A DNA stretch of 64,000 nucleotides from Welwitschia mirabilis. Its lineage: Eukaryota. The notes under the pieces were generated by a model that worked only from the letters and a program-made list of their open reading frames with translations, ran no database searches and was not told the origin of the DNA. A program made the position numbers and the translations under genes. Below, in pieces: positions 49,910 through 63,447 of this stretch; the stretch's first letter is position 1; every line of letters begins with the position of its first letter. The stretch lies in NCBI GenBank assembly GCA_051453625.1, contig JBOZIK010000001.1, positions 19,061,681 to 19,125,680 of the forward strand. The letters run 5' to 3'.

Positions 49910-52900
49910 CATTGAGGATCGCTGAACTGAGAGGGGAGGGAAGAATGAGTTCTAGCATATAAAAATTTCACCAATAACAAATTAAAAAATAGTATAATAA
50001 ATACCTTATTGAGATAACATGGTTCCCCAACCTAGGAACATCCACATACAGAAGGTTGTTTCCTCCCATACCTCTAGATATTTTTAACCTACAAAGAATA
50101 GTGGTTTTAGTGCATCACTAACCTTACAACAATATGAGAGTATCCTTGTAAGGCAACACTCTCCTCCCCTCATAGATACCAATAACAAAATAACAAAAGT
50201 GTACACACAGACATAACCAATCATAATGTAAGATGCTTTTCCCAAGGGAGCAATCTCTTTCTCTTAAGGAAATCCAACAATACAAGTGCTAATAGGCACT
50301 TACAAAGAACACCCACACAAGGGTTATCTTACAATAAGGAACTCTAGCAAAGGATCCTTAAGTTTCAATAATACAAGAACGGATTGTATAAGAGTATTTA
50401 AAAATAAGATAGTTTAACAATTGAGATCCAACAAATAAATACAATAATAAACCTAAATAATAAGTCTTTAAAGAATGCTTAAGTTCCTTCTTGTTGTTTT
50501 CATTACAAGTGATAAATAATGATGCAATGACATAGGATCCAAGAATAAAGGATGCAGACACTGAAATTTCCTTTGTAAATAATAGCTTAATCATTCATGA
50601 GTAGTTTTTAATCACCCATGCATTCATTCCTTATATTTTAGATTCATTGGTTACATGCCTTAGATGTATTCATTTTGCTTCTTCATGTTACGCCTTTATA
50701 CCATTTGAGAAATTTTAGCTATTTGACCTTAGATGGTAGTTGTTTAAACTTTGTAACTACCATATAATAGATAGAAATGTCTAGAAATTGGGCATACATC
50801 TTCTATTTTAATTGACATGAACCTTCATTTAAGATGTCTTCAAATTTATAGATATCTAATAACAATCAAAAGTCTTCCTCTTAGTACTGTCTTTATCCAA
50901 AGTTTCTAAAACCTGATGAAAATTGGACTGTATAATCTCTAGTCCTTCATGATTATGAATCCACAATGCAAATCGTGATATATCTTTCTTGGAAAGTAAA
51001 AAATTATGAAAGTAAAAATTAACCGTGTTACCTATTCCCATTTAGTGTAGACATCTTCACATAAGTAAACATCATTCTCTAATTTTAGATCCATCTTTTA
51101 GCATAGTCTTCTTTATTGAGATAGTTGTTTTTACCTGTGATTTAAATCCTGGTATATCATAGATGTATTTAAGAGGTAGATGGCTTTACCATAGACAATT
51201 ATAGATGTATTCTCCATAGACATCTTCCATATTGTAGATGTCTTCAGTTAACTAATTTTTCATTTTCAATTCTGAGATTTTCATGAGATATCATCTTGAA
51301 GGTTTGATATCAACTTATGCTATTTGTGATTTAATATTATTTACATTAACCTATCTACATAATGACATAAAATATTTGACAAGTAGAATTATCAAAACTA
51401 GATTTACCAATAATCTCCCCTTTTCAATAATGTTTAAAACTTGAAAAATCTCATTCGTACAATCACATTTCATCACTAAAATTAAGACATATAAATTCAA
51501 GATAGAAAAAAGTACATAATCATATTTTCCAATGATATTAAAAAATCATGATTTTAACCACTTAAATAACCATGTAGATATTTAAGATAGGCAAATTAGA
51601 ATTGAATAATTTCATTCATAAAAGATAACAACTAATCAAGTAAAATGTGCTCATAGAAATTGCTAATAATAAAATTAGAGCATTGCATTAAAAGTATGCT
51701 AATTAATACATAATTAAAGATCACGAAAATAGACCAACAGGAAATGATATTAAAGCATGGAAGTATAACAATAATAGAGATAATAACAAAGTGTACTAAA
51801 AATGATAAAAATGTCATAACATAATAATGTATGCCAAAATAGTCAAGAGTGATTATCAATAAATAATGATGTCACTTAGGGGAACCAATCCATCATCTCA
51901 TAATTAAGTCTTCCATGTCTAAACAGGATGTCCATGCTACAACCTAATTACCCAAGTAATTTGCAATTTATTTGCCTTTACTTCTTCCCATTTTTAAATA
52001 GTAGATAAAAGGATCTAATCACTAAGAGTAGAGTTACTACTATAAGGTATGCCTTCCTTTTTTTGTCATTGTCATCATCGTTGTTATGGGTAGTAAAAGT
52101 TTATAGGGTATAGGATGATGAGGATGTGGGTGGTGGAGTACGACGCTTCTTAGAAGGACACTAAGAGGTCTCACTTAGGCCTTTATAGGCTTGTCTCTTG
52201 ATACATTAGTACATTTTAGAAGTGATGTATGTTCCAAAAAAATTGGTTATGGTGGTCTTTACAAAGGATGAAGTTGTAATGATATTAAGTAATGGCATAT
52301 GAAGAGGCTTTGTGTAAGATTGGGTAGTGATATCATGCACTATGGTGGAGGAGATGGTATACCCGTTGGGAAAGAGGGTCAAAGAGGTGAAGGTGGCTGA
52401 GTAGGGTAATGAATTGATATTTTGTGATATGGCTAGTGGAAGATAAGAGGTTGAATATCTAAGCTTTTTAAATCTATCTTCTATTGCTTCTATGATGGAC
52501 TTGAAGCCTATTACTTCCCCTACCATATGCCTCTATGTAAGCTTGGTACTCCTCTGAGTCTATGCCTCATCTTTCAATGACTCTGTAGAATTGCTATTTA
52601 CTCTCCCTGGGTCATAATTGATACCATATGAAGTTAGAGATGCTTCTTCTTCTAATTCATCCTTCGAGTCTGTCCATGTAAGAGTCCTCATCGATTCCCA
52701 ACTCTTTGCTAGTGCTTTTCCTTCATTAGCTATGGACCTATGTTTCTTTAATTTCAACAAATTTCTACCAATTTCTCTAACCATTTTTGCTATTCCCTTG
52801 AACCCCTTCTTGATGGATGATGAATTATGTATAGCTGTGAAGTAAGATATTTGAAATTGTAAAGGTATTCTACTTATACCCTTACCTAGTGGCACTGGCA

Positions 52901-55900
52901 CTTGCCATTTTATACTAAATTTAGTTAGAAGCTTCTTTAGATGAATAAGATTTACCTAAGAAACTAATATGCTAGCACAAATAATAATCAAACTGATGAG
53001 ACAAGGGTGATCCAAAGTCAAACCCTTATGAAATAAAGTCATGATGTTCATGTACAAGGTAAATCCTAAGTCTATCTTTAAACTAGTAAGTAGATAGAAT
53101 ATAATAAAAGTTTGCATTAGTTTGTAATAACTGTAACTACCAACTCTAACTAGAATATTGGAGAATGTGATCAAACTAAGTATAGAAGCATCATAAATCA
53201 TATATTTATGATTTATATTTTCAGTAAAATTCATCCTAGAGTGTCTAAACAAAATATTGCTCATATATCTTTATGACATATTAATAGCTCATGAACTAAA
53301 AATTTCTTTAAATAAATGTATAAACAATTGAGGAAGCTTCAAATTATCAATGTCAATAATTGAATTTACAAAACTAGAAGTAAGATGTAATGTACCTATG
53401 ACCTAAGTCTAAAAATCCCCTGTGCTGTCATCTATCTTGTGGATGTTGGCATAGAATTCCCTCATCACTAATATGGTATACTCTAATATAACTCAATAAT
53501 CATATCATATCTAAGCTGAGAGAAATAAGTCACAAGTTGATTTTTCATTTGTTTTTAAAATCCAAGTATTCTTTTCATAATTGTAAAGTTTCTTATCTAA
53601 GTCCTATACCTTCTTGTAACTGCCTCATGGTAAAACTGAGGCTCATACTGAGATTTCTATTACTCTATTACTTGTTCTCTACCTCTTAAAGCACTAATAT
53701 ATTTTTTTCTAATAATTTTTTAAAAAATAAATGGAAAACTAAAGATAAACCAACTAAAATCTAAAGAATAACTGAAAATGTGCACTTGAAGTAAAAGTAG
53801 CATCTATTATTCCTCACTAATAAGATGTCTACCAAAATGAAGATGTATTGCTATAGAAATATAAGATTATCAGCTTTAAAAAGTGCTTTAATAGGGATAC
53901 CTATTGAGTGAAGACTTGAAAATGATATTTCTGACCTCTTTTTGTAAATAAAAAGGATTAAAACCCTAGGTTTTTTATGCATTTTAATTTCTACAATAGT
54001 ATAAGAAAGATTTCTACCTACTAAGAGACATCTAAAATTAGAAAAGTAGGTGTTAACTTCATCAAAGATATCTATTGTTGAAAATTTTCTAATACATTTT
54101 CCATGCTATCAATATGTCTACAAATTCTAAGATATCTATTTCAAAAATATTAAAAAGCATACCTGATCTTCAAAGACATCTGGAAAATTAAATATATTTA
54201 TTTTAAAGACATTTACAAATTTCAAGATCTCTCTCTAATAGATGTCTACAGTGCTAAAGAAATTTGCCATGAAAATTCTAGAAACTTTGAAAATAATCTA
54301 TGACTAAAATAATCATAATAGTAACACTTTAAAAAACAAAGTATCATGCATAGAATCTAACTTTTTATACATCTAACTATGATCTCAACTCATGGATAAA
54401 TACAAAGTGGAGTTCATATTTAATTGATATTACCTATTAATTTACCTAATTAAGCAGAGCCAATCTCTAATTTCCTATATAATTTCTTAAACCTTTCGTT
54501 ACTTAAAGGTTTTGTGAACACATTGGTAAGTTGATCATCTATACTAGTATATTACATCTCAATGTTTTCATTTTGAACATGCTTTTTATGTTGTACTAAA
54601 TTCTTTAAGATTTTGATGAAAAGTGTAATAGAATTATTTTGTACTACTTTGAGTTTAAATGCCACAATGTGGACTACCTATTATATTATTGATAGAATGA
54701 CTTCTTTTTAATCTGATCATGCTTGAAGGGTTTTATTTATTAGCTTCTTCATATTTTTTCTTCTCACTAATAGATTAAGCTTAGAGATAGCTAGGTGATT
54801 GATAAATTAGCATAGGAATACAATCATCTTGCACATCTATATAAGTTGGATTAGTATCGTTTACTTTAACGCATGTAGTTTTGTCAACTACATAGTTTTC
54901 GTTATTGTATACACTACAAGCTTTACTAATCATAGGATATTTTAAAAATATTCCAATATCTACTTTTAAATCAAACTTTTTCAACTTATTTTTTTTGTTC
55001 AAAATAAAACTCTTTAATCTAAAGATGTAAAATTAACTTATGGAAGGTTTCTTACTAGACCATAACTGATATGAAGTCTTAAAAGTAAACCATCTTACCA
55101 GAACTACATTTGAAATGTAGCAAGATGTGTTAATTTCTTTTATCCAAAAATGATATGATACCTTATTGTCACACATCATTATTCTAGCCATTTCATTAAG
55201 TACTCTTTTCTTTCTCTCTACCCCTCCATTTTGTGGAAGGTTGCTTGGTATAGAGAATTGATAGAGAATGTCAAACTATTTACAAAACTCTCTAAATATT
55301 CCATTTTTAAATTTCATCTCATTTTCAATTTTTATCATTTTGATCCTGTACCCTTTTTAATTCTGTAACCTAATACATAAGTTAGAGAAAGCATGAAAGG
55401 CCTCATCCTTATATGCAAGGAAGGTTATCATGTAAAATGGGAATAATTGTCTGAAATAATTAAATAATCCTTTTTCTTATCTAGACTTTTTGTAGATGAA
55501 GAACCAATAATAGTAAGATGTAAAAGATCTAATAGACATTAAGTTGAGAGAGTATTTTTCTTATGAAATCTTACCTTTGTCTACTTATTTCTCTGATATG
55601 CTTCAAAAACTTAATTATTAATGCTTTTTAACTTAGAAAATCCTCTTATCATTTCTTTTGTAGATAAAATTTTGAGAAAATCCTTATTTACATGTCTAAG
55701 ATCTTTATGTTAAATCTCTACTTCACCTATTTTACTTAATAAACACATGGTTCCATTATTAAAAATATCTTATAGAGTAGTAATATAAACATTTAGCTTC
55801 CTTATATTATCAAATAAGACTTTAGTTAAATTTCATTCTCTAATGACACAATCATCTTTTATAAAAGTAATAGAAAAATTTATGTTACAAATTTGACTAA

Positions 55901-57050
55901 CACTTAAAATATTATGTTTCAAATCTTTTATAAAGAATATATCCTTTACTTCTAGTAGGTTACCTCCTCTAATAGTGCCAATATCATTAATAGAAGCTTC
56001 TACATTATATCTAAAGGTTACCACTCCTTTATCTTCTTCCACTAAGGTGATGAAATTGGATTTATTTCAAGTCATGTGTTTTAAGCATCCACTGTCAATG
56101 TACCAAGCATACTTCTTCACTACTCTTAGTGTAATTTATGATAAAAGTGCTAGTTTTGATTTTGGTATCCATATTTTTCTTGGTTTTTCCTATACAAAGC
56201 ATTATATCATTCTACTAGACCTTTTAACACTATTAGTGTAATATTCATTTTTGAATTTCATTGGGAACTTATATTGATAGTGACTTCTATTATGGTAATA
56301 ATATCAAATAATATTATTTCTAAATACTAAAAATTCATACCTTGACTTATAATTCCATTTGTTAAAAAAAGAGGCTAAAGTACTAGTTGAGGATTCATTA
56401 TGTCCCAAACAACTTTTGTCATTTAAGATTCTACATTGCCTAACCATGATATTCAGCGTCTCCTTTTCTTGGGTAAATTTCTTATTAATTTTATTTGAAT
56501 TTAATAGTTCCTATCTTACATTCTTTAAATCGCATGTTAATCTACTAATCTTAGATCTAATAGTTGTATTTTTAGAATATAATTTATTGCAAGCACCTGA
56601 TTATTGTTTATAAGCTAATTCATAGGTCTATATTAGTACATACCTNNNNNNNNNNNNNNNNNNNNNNNNNNNNNNNNNNNNNNNNNNNNNNNNNNNNNNN
56701 NNNNNNNNNNNNNNNNNNNNNNNNNNNNNNNNNNNNNNNNNNNNNAATTCATAGGTCTATATTAGTACATACCTTTTGTAATTTAACAAATTCTTTAAAA
56801 ATTATATCATACTTTTCTTAAAGACCCATACCTGAATTATCTTTACTTTTTGATTTATGCTCTTCTTTTGTCTTATCTTTTTACTCTTAAAGATGTACAA
56901 TGACGATGTAGAAAGGATGAGTTTTGTCATCATAAAATGTTTTTATCTCTATTACATGATCATCAGCATCATTTTGTCTTGTTGTCTCTTTCTTTTATGC
57001 CTTTTCCTACATTTTATTATCACTAAGACATTCTGAGGCTATATGTCCTC
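49910..57050 (-). mobile_element. SIRE/Maximus-like copia relic A: gag remnant, protease, integrase, RNase H end, extra ORF, PPT, 3' LTR (~49910-51412); RT missing
   Basis: Minus strand: AWYIDSGCLKHMT (~56110), LKHNILSVSQIC, KFDLKVDIGIFLKY, DDQLTNVFTKPLSNERF (~54500), YTILVMREFYANI (~53460), PPT AAAAGGGGAGAT at 51413-51424. Confidence 0.85.
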
Positions 57051-57099
57051 ATCCTCTACATATCCTACATTCTAGTTTGAAAACATCAAATTTAGAAGA

Positions 57100-60000
57100 A
57101 AATAAAGTGCTACTAGAACTGTTACCTTTAAAATTACCTCTACCTTGAAAACTGAATGATTTTCTATAATCTTCCTTTTTTGTTGTATTTGTATGAAAGA
57201 AGTTTTTTTAACTTCTTTCATACAAACGAGTGTCCAAACAATAAGAAGAATCAAAAAAAGTCAAAAAAATATTCATTCATTACTACATGGGACAATGTAG
57301 ATGAAGAGGGTGATAGCAACTCTAGCCAAGAATTAGATAGAGATCGAAAGCTTTCATTCATGACAATTATGCTTCATTACAGAACTTACCTTGCTCATTT
57401 AAACTTGATGATTTGGATCTCATTGAAAAAGATTAGAATAAACCTAAAGACACCTATTAGGAACTTTACATGGAGTGTGAAAAATTGGTGAAATGCATTA
57501 ATGATATGAAAAAAATAGTGAAAGCTCTTACCAAGGAAAAAGAGGAATTGAAATCAAAGTACAATATGGTGAAATCGACAAATTCCAAACTTTTTCTATA
57601 GATAAAAAGATTGTCACATTTTGTTAATAAATTTTCAAGTAGTTCAACTAAATTAGAACATATGCTTGAAATATGAAAACCAGTTCACGATAAGATAGGT
57701 ATCAGATTCATCCTCCAAAGGCCATAAAATCATCAAAATTAGGTATCATGGTAAATTAGTTTTGTTTTTAAAGTTACATGTCATTTTTGTAGTAAGTCTA
57801 GGCATTTCAAGTTATTTTGTAATTCTTGAGAATTAATTCTATTTTCAAATTTAGTTAGTGTATTTCCTTTCAAATTTGTTCCAAGAGGAGGTATACCACA
57901 TCAGTCCAAAAAAAACTAAGGGGGTAAAAGCTGACGATTTAAAAATTCTTTTAATTCAAATAGATTTCAAGATATCAAACAAAACTGACTAGTACTTGGA
58001 GAACAATTTATCTCAACACATGACAAGAGATAAGTCTAGATTAAAATAGCAAGATAATTTTAATAGTGAAAAAGTTATTTTTGGTGACAATGGAAGAGCT
58101 AAGATCAAAGGAACCGGAAGCATTAGTGGAGGTAACTTATCTAAAATAAATGAGGTTTTATATGTTAATGGTCTTAAGTACAATTTACTTAGCATTAGTC
58201 AAATTTATGATAAAGAACANNNNNNNNNNNNNNNNNNNNNNNNNNNNNNNNNNNNNNNNNNNNNNNNNNNNNNNNNNNNNNNNNNNNNNNNNNNNNNNNN
58301 NNNNNNNNNNNNNNNNNNNNNNNNNNNNNNNNNNNNNNNNNNNNNNNNNNNNNNNNNNNNNNNNNNNNNNNNNNNNNNNNNNNNNNNNNNNNNNNNNNNN
58401 NNNNNNNNNNNNNNNNNNNNNNNNNNNNNNNNNNNNNNNNNNNNNNNNNNNNNNNNNNNNNNNNNNNNNNNNNNNNNNNNNNNNNNNNNNNNNNNNNNNN
58501 NNNNNNNNNNNNNNNNNNNNNNNNNNNNNNNNNNNNNNNNNNNNNNNNNNNNNNNNNNNNNNNNNNNNNNNNNNNNNNNNNNNNNNNNNNNNNNNNNNNN
58601 NNNNNNNNNNNNNNNNNNNNNNNNNNNNNNNNNNNNNNNNNNNNNNNNNNNNNNNNNNNNNNNNNNNNNNNNNNNNNNNNNNNNNNNNNNNNNNNNNNNN
58701 NNNNNNNNNNNNNNNNNNNNNNNNNNNNNNNNNNNNNNNNNNNNNNNNNNNNNNNNNNNNNNNAAGAAATGTAAAGTTAGATATGATAAAACAAATGATA
58801 TTCTTTTAAAAAATAGAAGAGATAATGTCTATAGTCTTGATTAAATATTTTCTACTTGTTATTTTTCTCATGTTAACTAAGAAGAGCTTTGGCATAAATG
58901 TTAAAGTCATGTAAACTATGACACTTTGAAAATAATTATTATAAATGAAATTGTAAAGGGAATTCCAAAAATTAATATTGAAAAACATGATCTTTGTGAT
59001 GCATTCCAGAAAGGAAAACAAGTAAGAACATCACACAAAAGAAAAACCCAAATTTCCACAACAATGCCTTTAGAGCTTATTCATATAGATTTGGTAGGTT
59101 TAGCCCAAATACTATTTTCTTACTATGTTTGATAACTTCTCAAGGCTTTCTTGGGTTATCGTTATTGCAAAAAAGTCTAAAACTTACAAACATTAGATTG
59201 AAATATGCAATAAAATTTAAAATGAGAAAGGTTATACCACTAATAAAATTAGAAGTGATCATGGTGGAGAGTTTGAAAACCATTTCTTTGAAATATATTG
59301 TGTTGTTAATGGTATGGAACGCTAATTATCAGCTCCTAAAATGCCTTAACAAAATGGAATTACTGAGAGGAAAAATAGAGTTCTTTAAGAACTGGTAAGA
59401 ATAATGTTGAATGACAAGGAGGTTCCAAAAACTTTTTAGGCTGAAGTTATAATCATCACTTTGTACATCATTAATAGAGTTTACCTTATACTAGGAATGA
59501 ATAAAACTCATTATGAGCTTTGGAAAGGAAGAAAAAAAATGTTTCATGCTTTAAAGTCTTGGGAGTAAGTGCTTTATATTAAAAGATAGAGAACACTTAA
59601 ATAAATTCAAATCAAAGGCTAATGAGGCAATCTTTTTAGGGCACTCTATTAGAAGTAGAGCTTATCATGTTTTCAACAAAAGAAGCTTAATCGTGGAAGA
59701 GTCAATAAATGTATAAATAGATGATGATCACATAAGACCTCTTCCTTCTAATGATAAAGAAAACTTATCTCCAAGCACTCCCACAACAAAAGAAAGATTA
59801 ACTGAAAAACAAAAATAAGTGCCAACAAAAAAAGTCACTACTAAAAAGTTTAAAGAGCTAAAAGATCACCTTTTAGGATCCATCATTGGAGATGTTCGCT
59901 CAAAGATTAGAGCAAAGAAATATATGAATAATTTTTTTGATCACATTTGTTATGTATCATAAATTAAACCTAAGAAGTTTGAAGAGGCAAAATCCCATGA

Positions 60001-63000
60001 AGAATGGATGATGATCATGCAAGATGAGTTGCAACAATTTAAAAGGAATGATGTATGAAATCTTATTAAAAGAACAAAGGATAAAAAAGTTATTGGGATA
60101 AAGTGGATCTTCAAAAACAAGTGTGATGAGGAAAATAATGTTATTAAGAATAAAGTGAGATTAATTGCATAAGGATATAACCAAATCAAAGGTATTTATG
60201 TAGATGATACTTTTGCTTCTATAACAAGGCTAGATAGAATTAGAATATTTTTATCTTATACAACCTTTAATAATATCAAAGTTTATCAAATAGATATAAA
60301 AAGTGCCTTTTTAAATGGAACCCTTAATGAAGAAGTATATGTATAATGACTCAAGGGTTTATAAATCCTTACAAACTTGATTATGTATATAGAATTAAAA
60401 AGTCACTATATGATTTAAAGGAAGTTCCAAGAGTATGATATTAAAAATTAGCTACATTTCTAAATGAAAATGGTTATATATATGGAATAGTAGATAAAAC
60501 TTTATTTGTTAAGAATTTGAAAAAGGATTTTATTATTATTCAAATTTATGTCTATGACATAATTTTTTATGCCTCTAATAAAGATTTATTAAAATAATTT
60601 ACCAATATCATGATAACACACTTTGATATGAGTATGCTTGGTGAAGTTAGAATATTTCTTGGCTTACAAATCATACAATAAAAAAATGGTAGTTTTATAT
60701 CTCAGTGTAAATATGCAAAGGATTTGATTAAACTATTTAGATTAGATAATGCTAAAATAACTGATACAACTATGTCTACTTCTTGTAAAGTCAGTCTAGA
60801 TGAACATGAAAATTGGAAAACCAAAAAATTTATCAAAATATGATAGGAAGTTTATTATATCTAACTATAAGTAGACTCGATATAATGTTTAGTATCACCT
60901 TATGTATAAGATACCTAACCCAATCAAAAGANNNNNNNNNNNNNNNNNNNNNNNNNNNNNNNNNNNNNNNNNNNNNNNNNNNNNNNNNNNNNNNNNNNNN
61001 NNNNNNNNNNNNNNNNNNNNNNNNNNNNNNNAAGATACCTAACCCAATCAAAAGAATCACACCTACAAGCTATCAAAAGAATAATAAGATATATAAAAGG
61101 CACATGTGACTTTAGATTATGTTATTCAATAGAGATATCTTTTAATCTTGTAGGCTTTAGTGATGCAGATTGAATTGGGTGTAAAGATGATAGAAAGAGA
61201 ACAAGTGGTAATTATTTCTATTAGGATCATGCTTAATGGGATGGGCTAGTAAAAGGAAAAATTCAATCTCCTTTTCAACAGTAGAAGCTAAGTATGAAGT
61301 AGTAGGGAGTTGTTGTGTCCATCTCCTTTGGATGAAGGAAATGTTAAAAGATTTTGATGTAGTTTTTAAACATTTTCCTATGTTTGTGATAATAATAGTG
61401 TAATAAATATCTCTAAAAACCTAATTCAACATTCCAAAACTAAAAATATTGAATTGAAACACCATTTTCTTAAAAACCAAGTAGAAAAAGACAATATTTC
61501 TATGAAATTTATTAGTACATGTTGTTAACTTTCTAATATTTTCACTAAACCCCTAAATTTTGGTAACTTTATTCATCTTCATAATGAAATAGGGGTTGTC
61601 TCTCCATCCTCTAACTAATTATAGGGAAATCAATTAGATCTAGAATTTAGTCAACTAGATGTGATTAGTTGACTGGTCTAAAAACCCAATCAGCTAGATC
61701 TAAATTATTGTGACTTATATCTCAATGGGTTAGCTAGATCTTAAACCGATCAATTGGACCTATGGGATTATAGTGTAGTAGAAAAGGTTGTGGACTTAAT
61801 TTATTTATGAAATCTCACTTTATTGCCATTTTGAATAAAATCTAATGGAGCCCAAACCCTATCCATTATCTTCAAGCCACCTATCTCCTTCAGATCTAGG
61901 ATTTTCTTATAGGTTTTCTTATCTCCACCCTCTTGCCACATGGTTATAATGGCTGAGGATCCCTCTAAAAGGTAATAAAAAAAGCTATCCAATAAATACC
62001 TAGGTTATTTCTACCATGAAATATCTGAGGAAGCAATAGACAAGTGTCTTGACAAGTTTGAGAAGAAGCCTATGTGCCAAGAGTTGTCTGTTGCTTCAGC
62101 AGATATTAGATAACTCTATGATATGGTGCACCTATTATAAGATCTAGATCTTTCTTACTTTCTTGATATCTCAAGACCTACTTATCCTTTTCTCACCAGG
62201 ATGTTTTAGAGCAATGCTTCTTTTGATTCTAATACTACTACCCTAGAAACCCTGGTTTTGGGGAAGAAGATGAGTGTTACTACAAACTACATTTATAGCA
62301 TTACAAAACTCCCAAGAGGAGATTATAATGAGTTTTAACATCTTCATAACTTCATGGAAGAGAAGGTAGAAGTAATAAGAGATCTTCTTAGTAAGTTTCA
62401 TAGGTAAAAAACCACCCTTCCTACTTCTTTCCTTACCCTAAAGTACTATTTCTTGCATTTAGTTTTTACCTATAATTTCTTGCCTTTGACAAGTCATTAT
62501 GATGAGACCTCTAACTACAGGGTCTATTTGATGTATTTGGTAGGAACTAGACACTCTATTGATTCTCCTATCATAATGTTAGAAACTATGATCTCCCAGT
62601 TGGAATATTATAGGGCTAGGGCTCTTTCCTATTCAGTGTTAAATGCTAGCATCTGTCACCTATATATAGTCTACTTGTATCTAAAGCTAGAAACCCTTAA
62701 TCCTATGTTATCCATTGAGTGTATGACATTATCTCACATGCATATATTTGTAGGTTTAAAGAAATCCTTTAAATCTCTTTCTCCTAAGTGAGCCTTAGCA
62801 GAAGAGAGTCTCTCATACCTGAGGAGGATAGACTCTCATACTAGGCATATGAAATAAGATCTGATTGCGGCTAGATATGAGATTGTTGATACTTATGAGA
62901 AACTCAGAAGCTCTACACAAAAGGCAATTGAAGAATAAGAGGAAGAAGAAGAATAAGATTCTAAAATAAATAAGAGGAGGAATCTGAAGAATCTAACTAA

Positions 63001-63170
63001 TCTTCTCTTTCGATGTTGTGTTTTTTTTATTATTTATGCTTATTTTTCTTCTCTTCTTTGTCATTGATATCAAAGGGAAAGAAATAGTTAGTTGTTATTT
63101 AGCTTTTATCACATGATATTAATCTTTTCAGTGTTTTCAGTAGTACTTTTTAAGTTTTATCAGATATAAT
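57100..63170 (+). mobile_element. SIRE/Maximus-like copia relic B: gag C-terminal part, pol, extra ORF; no LTRs seen
   Basis: HTNECP..FITTWD, CHFCSKSRHFKLFC, QHMTRDK, PLELIHIDL, IRSDHGGEF, KWIFKNK, YQIDIKSAFLNG, YQNMIGSLLYLT, GFSDAD..DDRKRTSG, CDNNSVINISKN, NIFTKPL; post-pol ORF with TYPFLTRMF*SN; PPT-like TCAAAGGGAAAGAAAT near 63070. Confidence 0.9.
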
Positions 63171-63351
63171 TTCTCTTAATGAGCACTCTAAAGAAAGACC
63201 TAGAATAAGAATTGGTCCATGAGAATTATTGATAAGCCTCAGTTTAGGATTTACATTAGTAAGAGATATTACCAGAATGAAGAATCTAGTAGTGAATAGG
63301 ATTGATAGATGGTTTGGAAAGGAAGCTATGTTGGAAAGCTTTTAGTTAAGG

Positions 63352-63441
63352 ATGATTGAATTACTTTCCTTCATTTTATTGATAGTTGTAGTCATCTTGT
63401 TTGTCTTGTATAAGGCTCTTGATCTTTGGGAAAAGAAATAA
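63352..63441 (+). CDS. Small 29-aa single-transmembrane ORF upstream of the viral MP (putative viral accessory ORF)
   Basis: ATG...TAA encodes MIELLSFILLIVVVILFVLYKALDLWEKK, with 6 nt to the previous in-line stop and 6 nt to the MP start. Confidence 0.35.
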   Translation: MIELLSFILLIVVVILFVLYKALDLWEKK

Positions 63442-63447
63442 GAAAAG

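Noticed and set aside
56617-56775. Direct repeats flanking ~100-N gaps (also 60910-61055)
   Set aside because: Identical sequence on both sides of placeholder gaps indicates unmerged contig overlap, not a biological duplication or TSD
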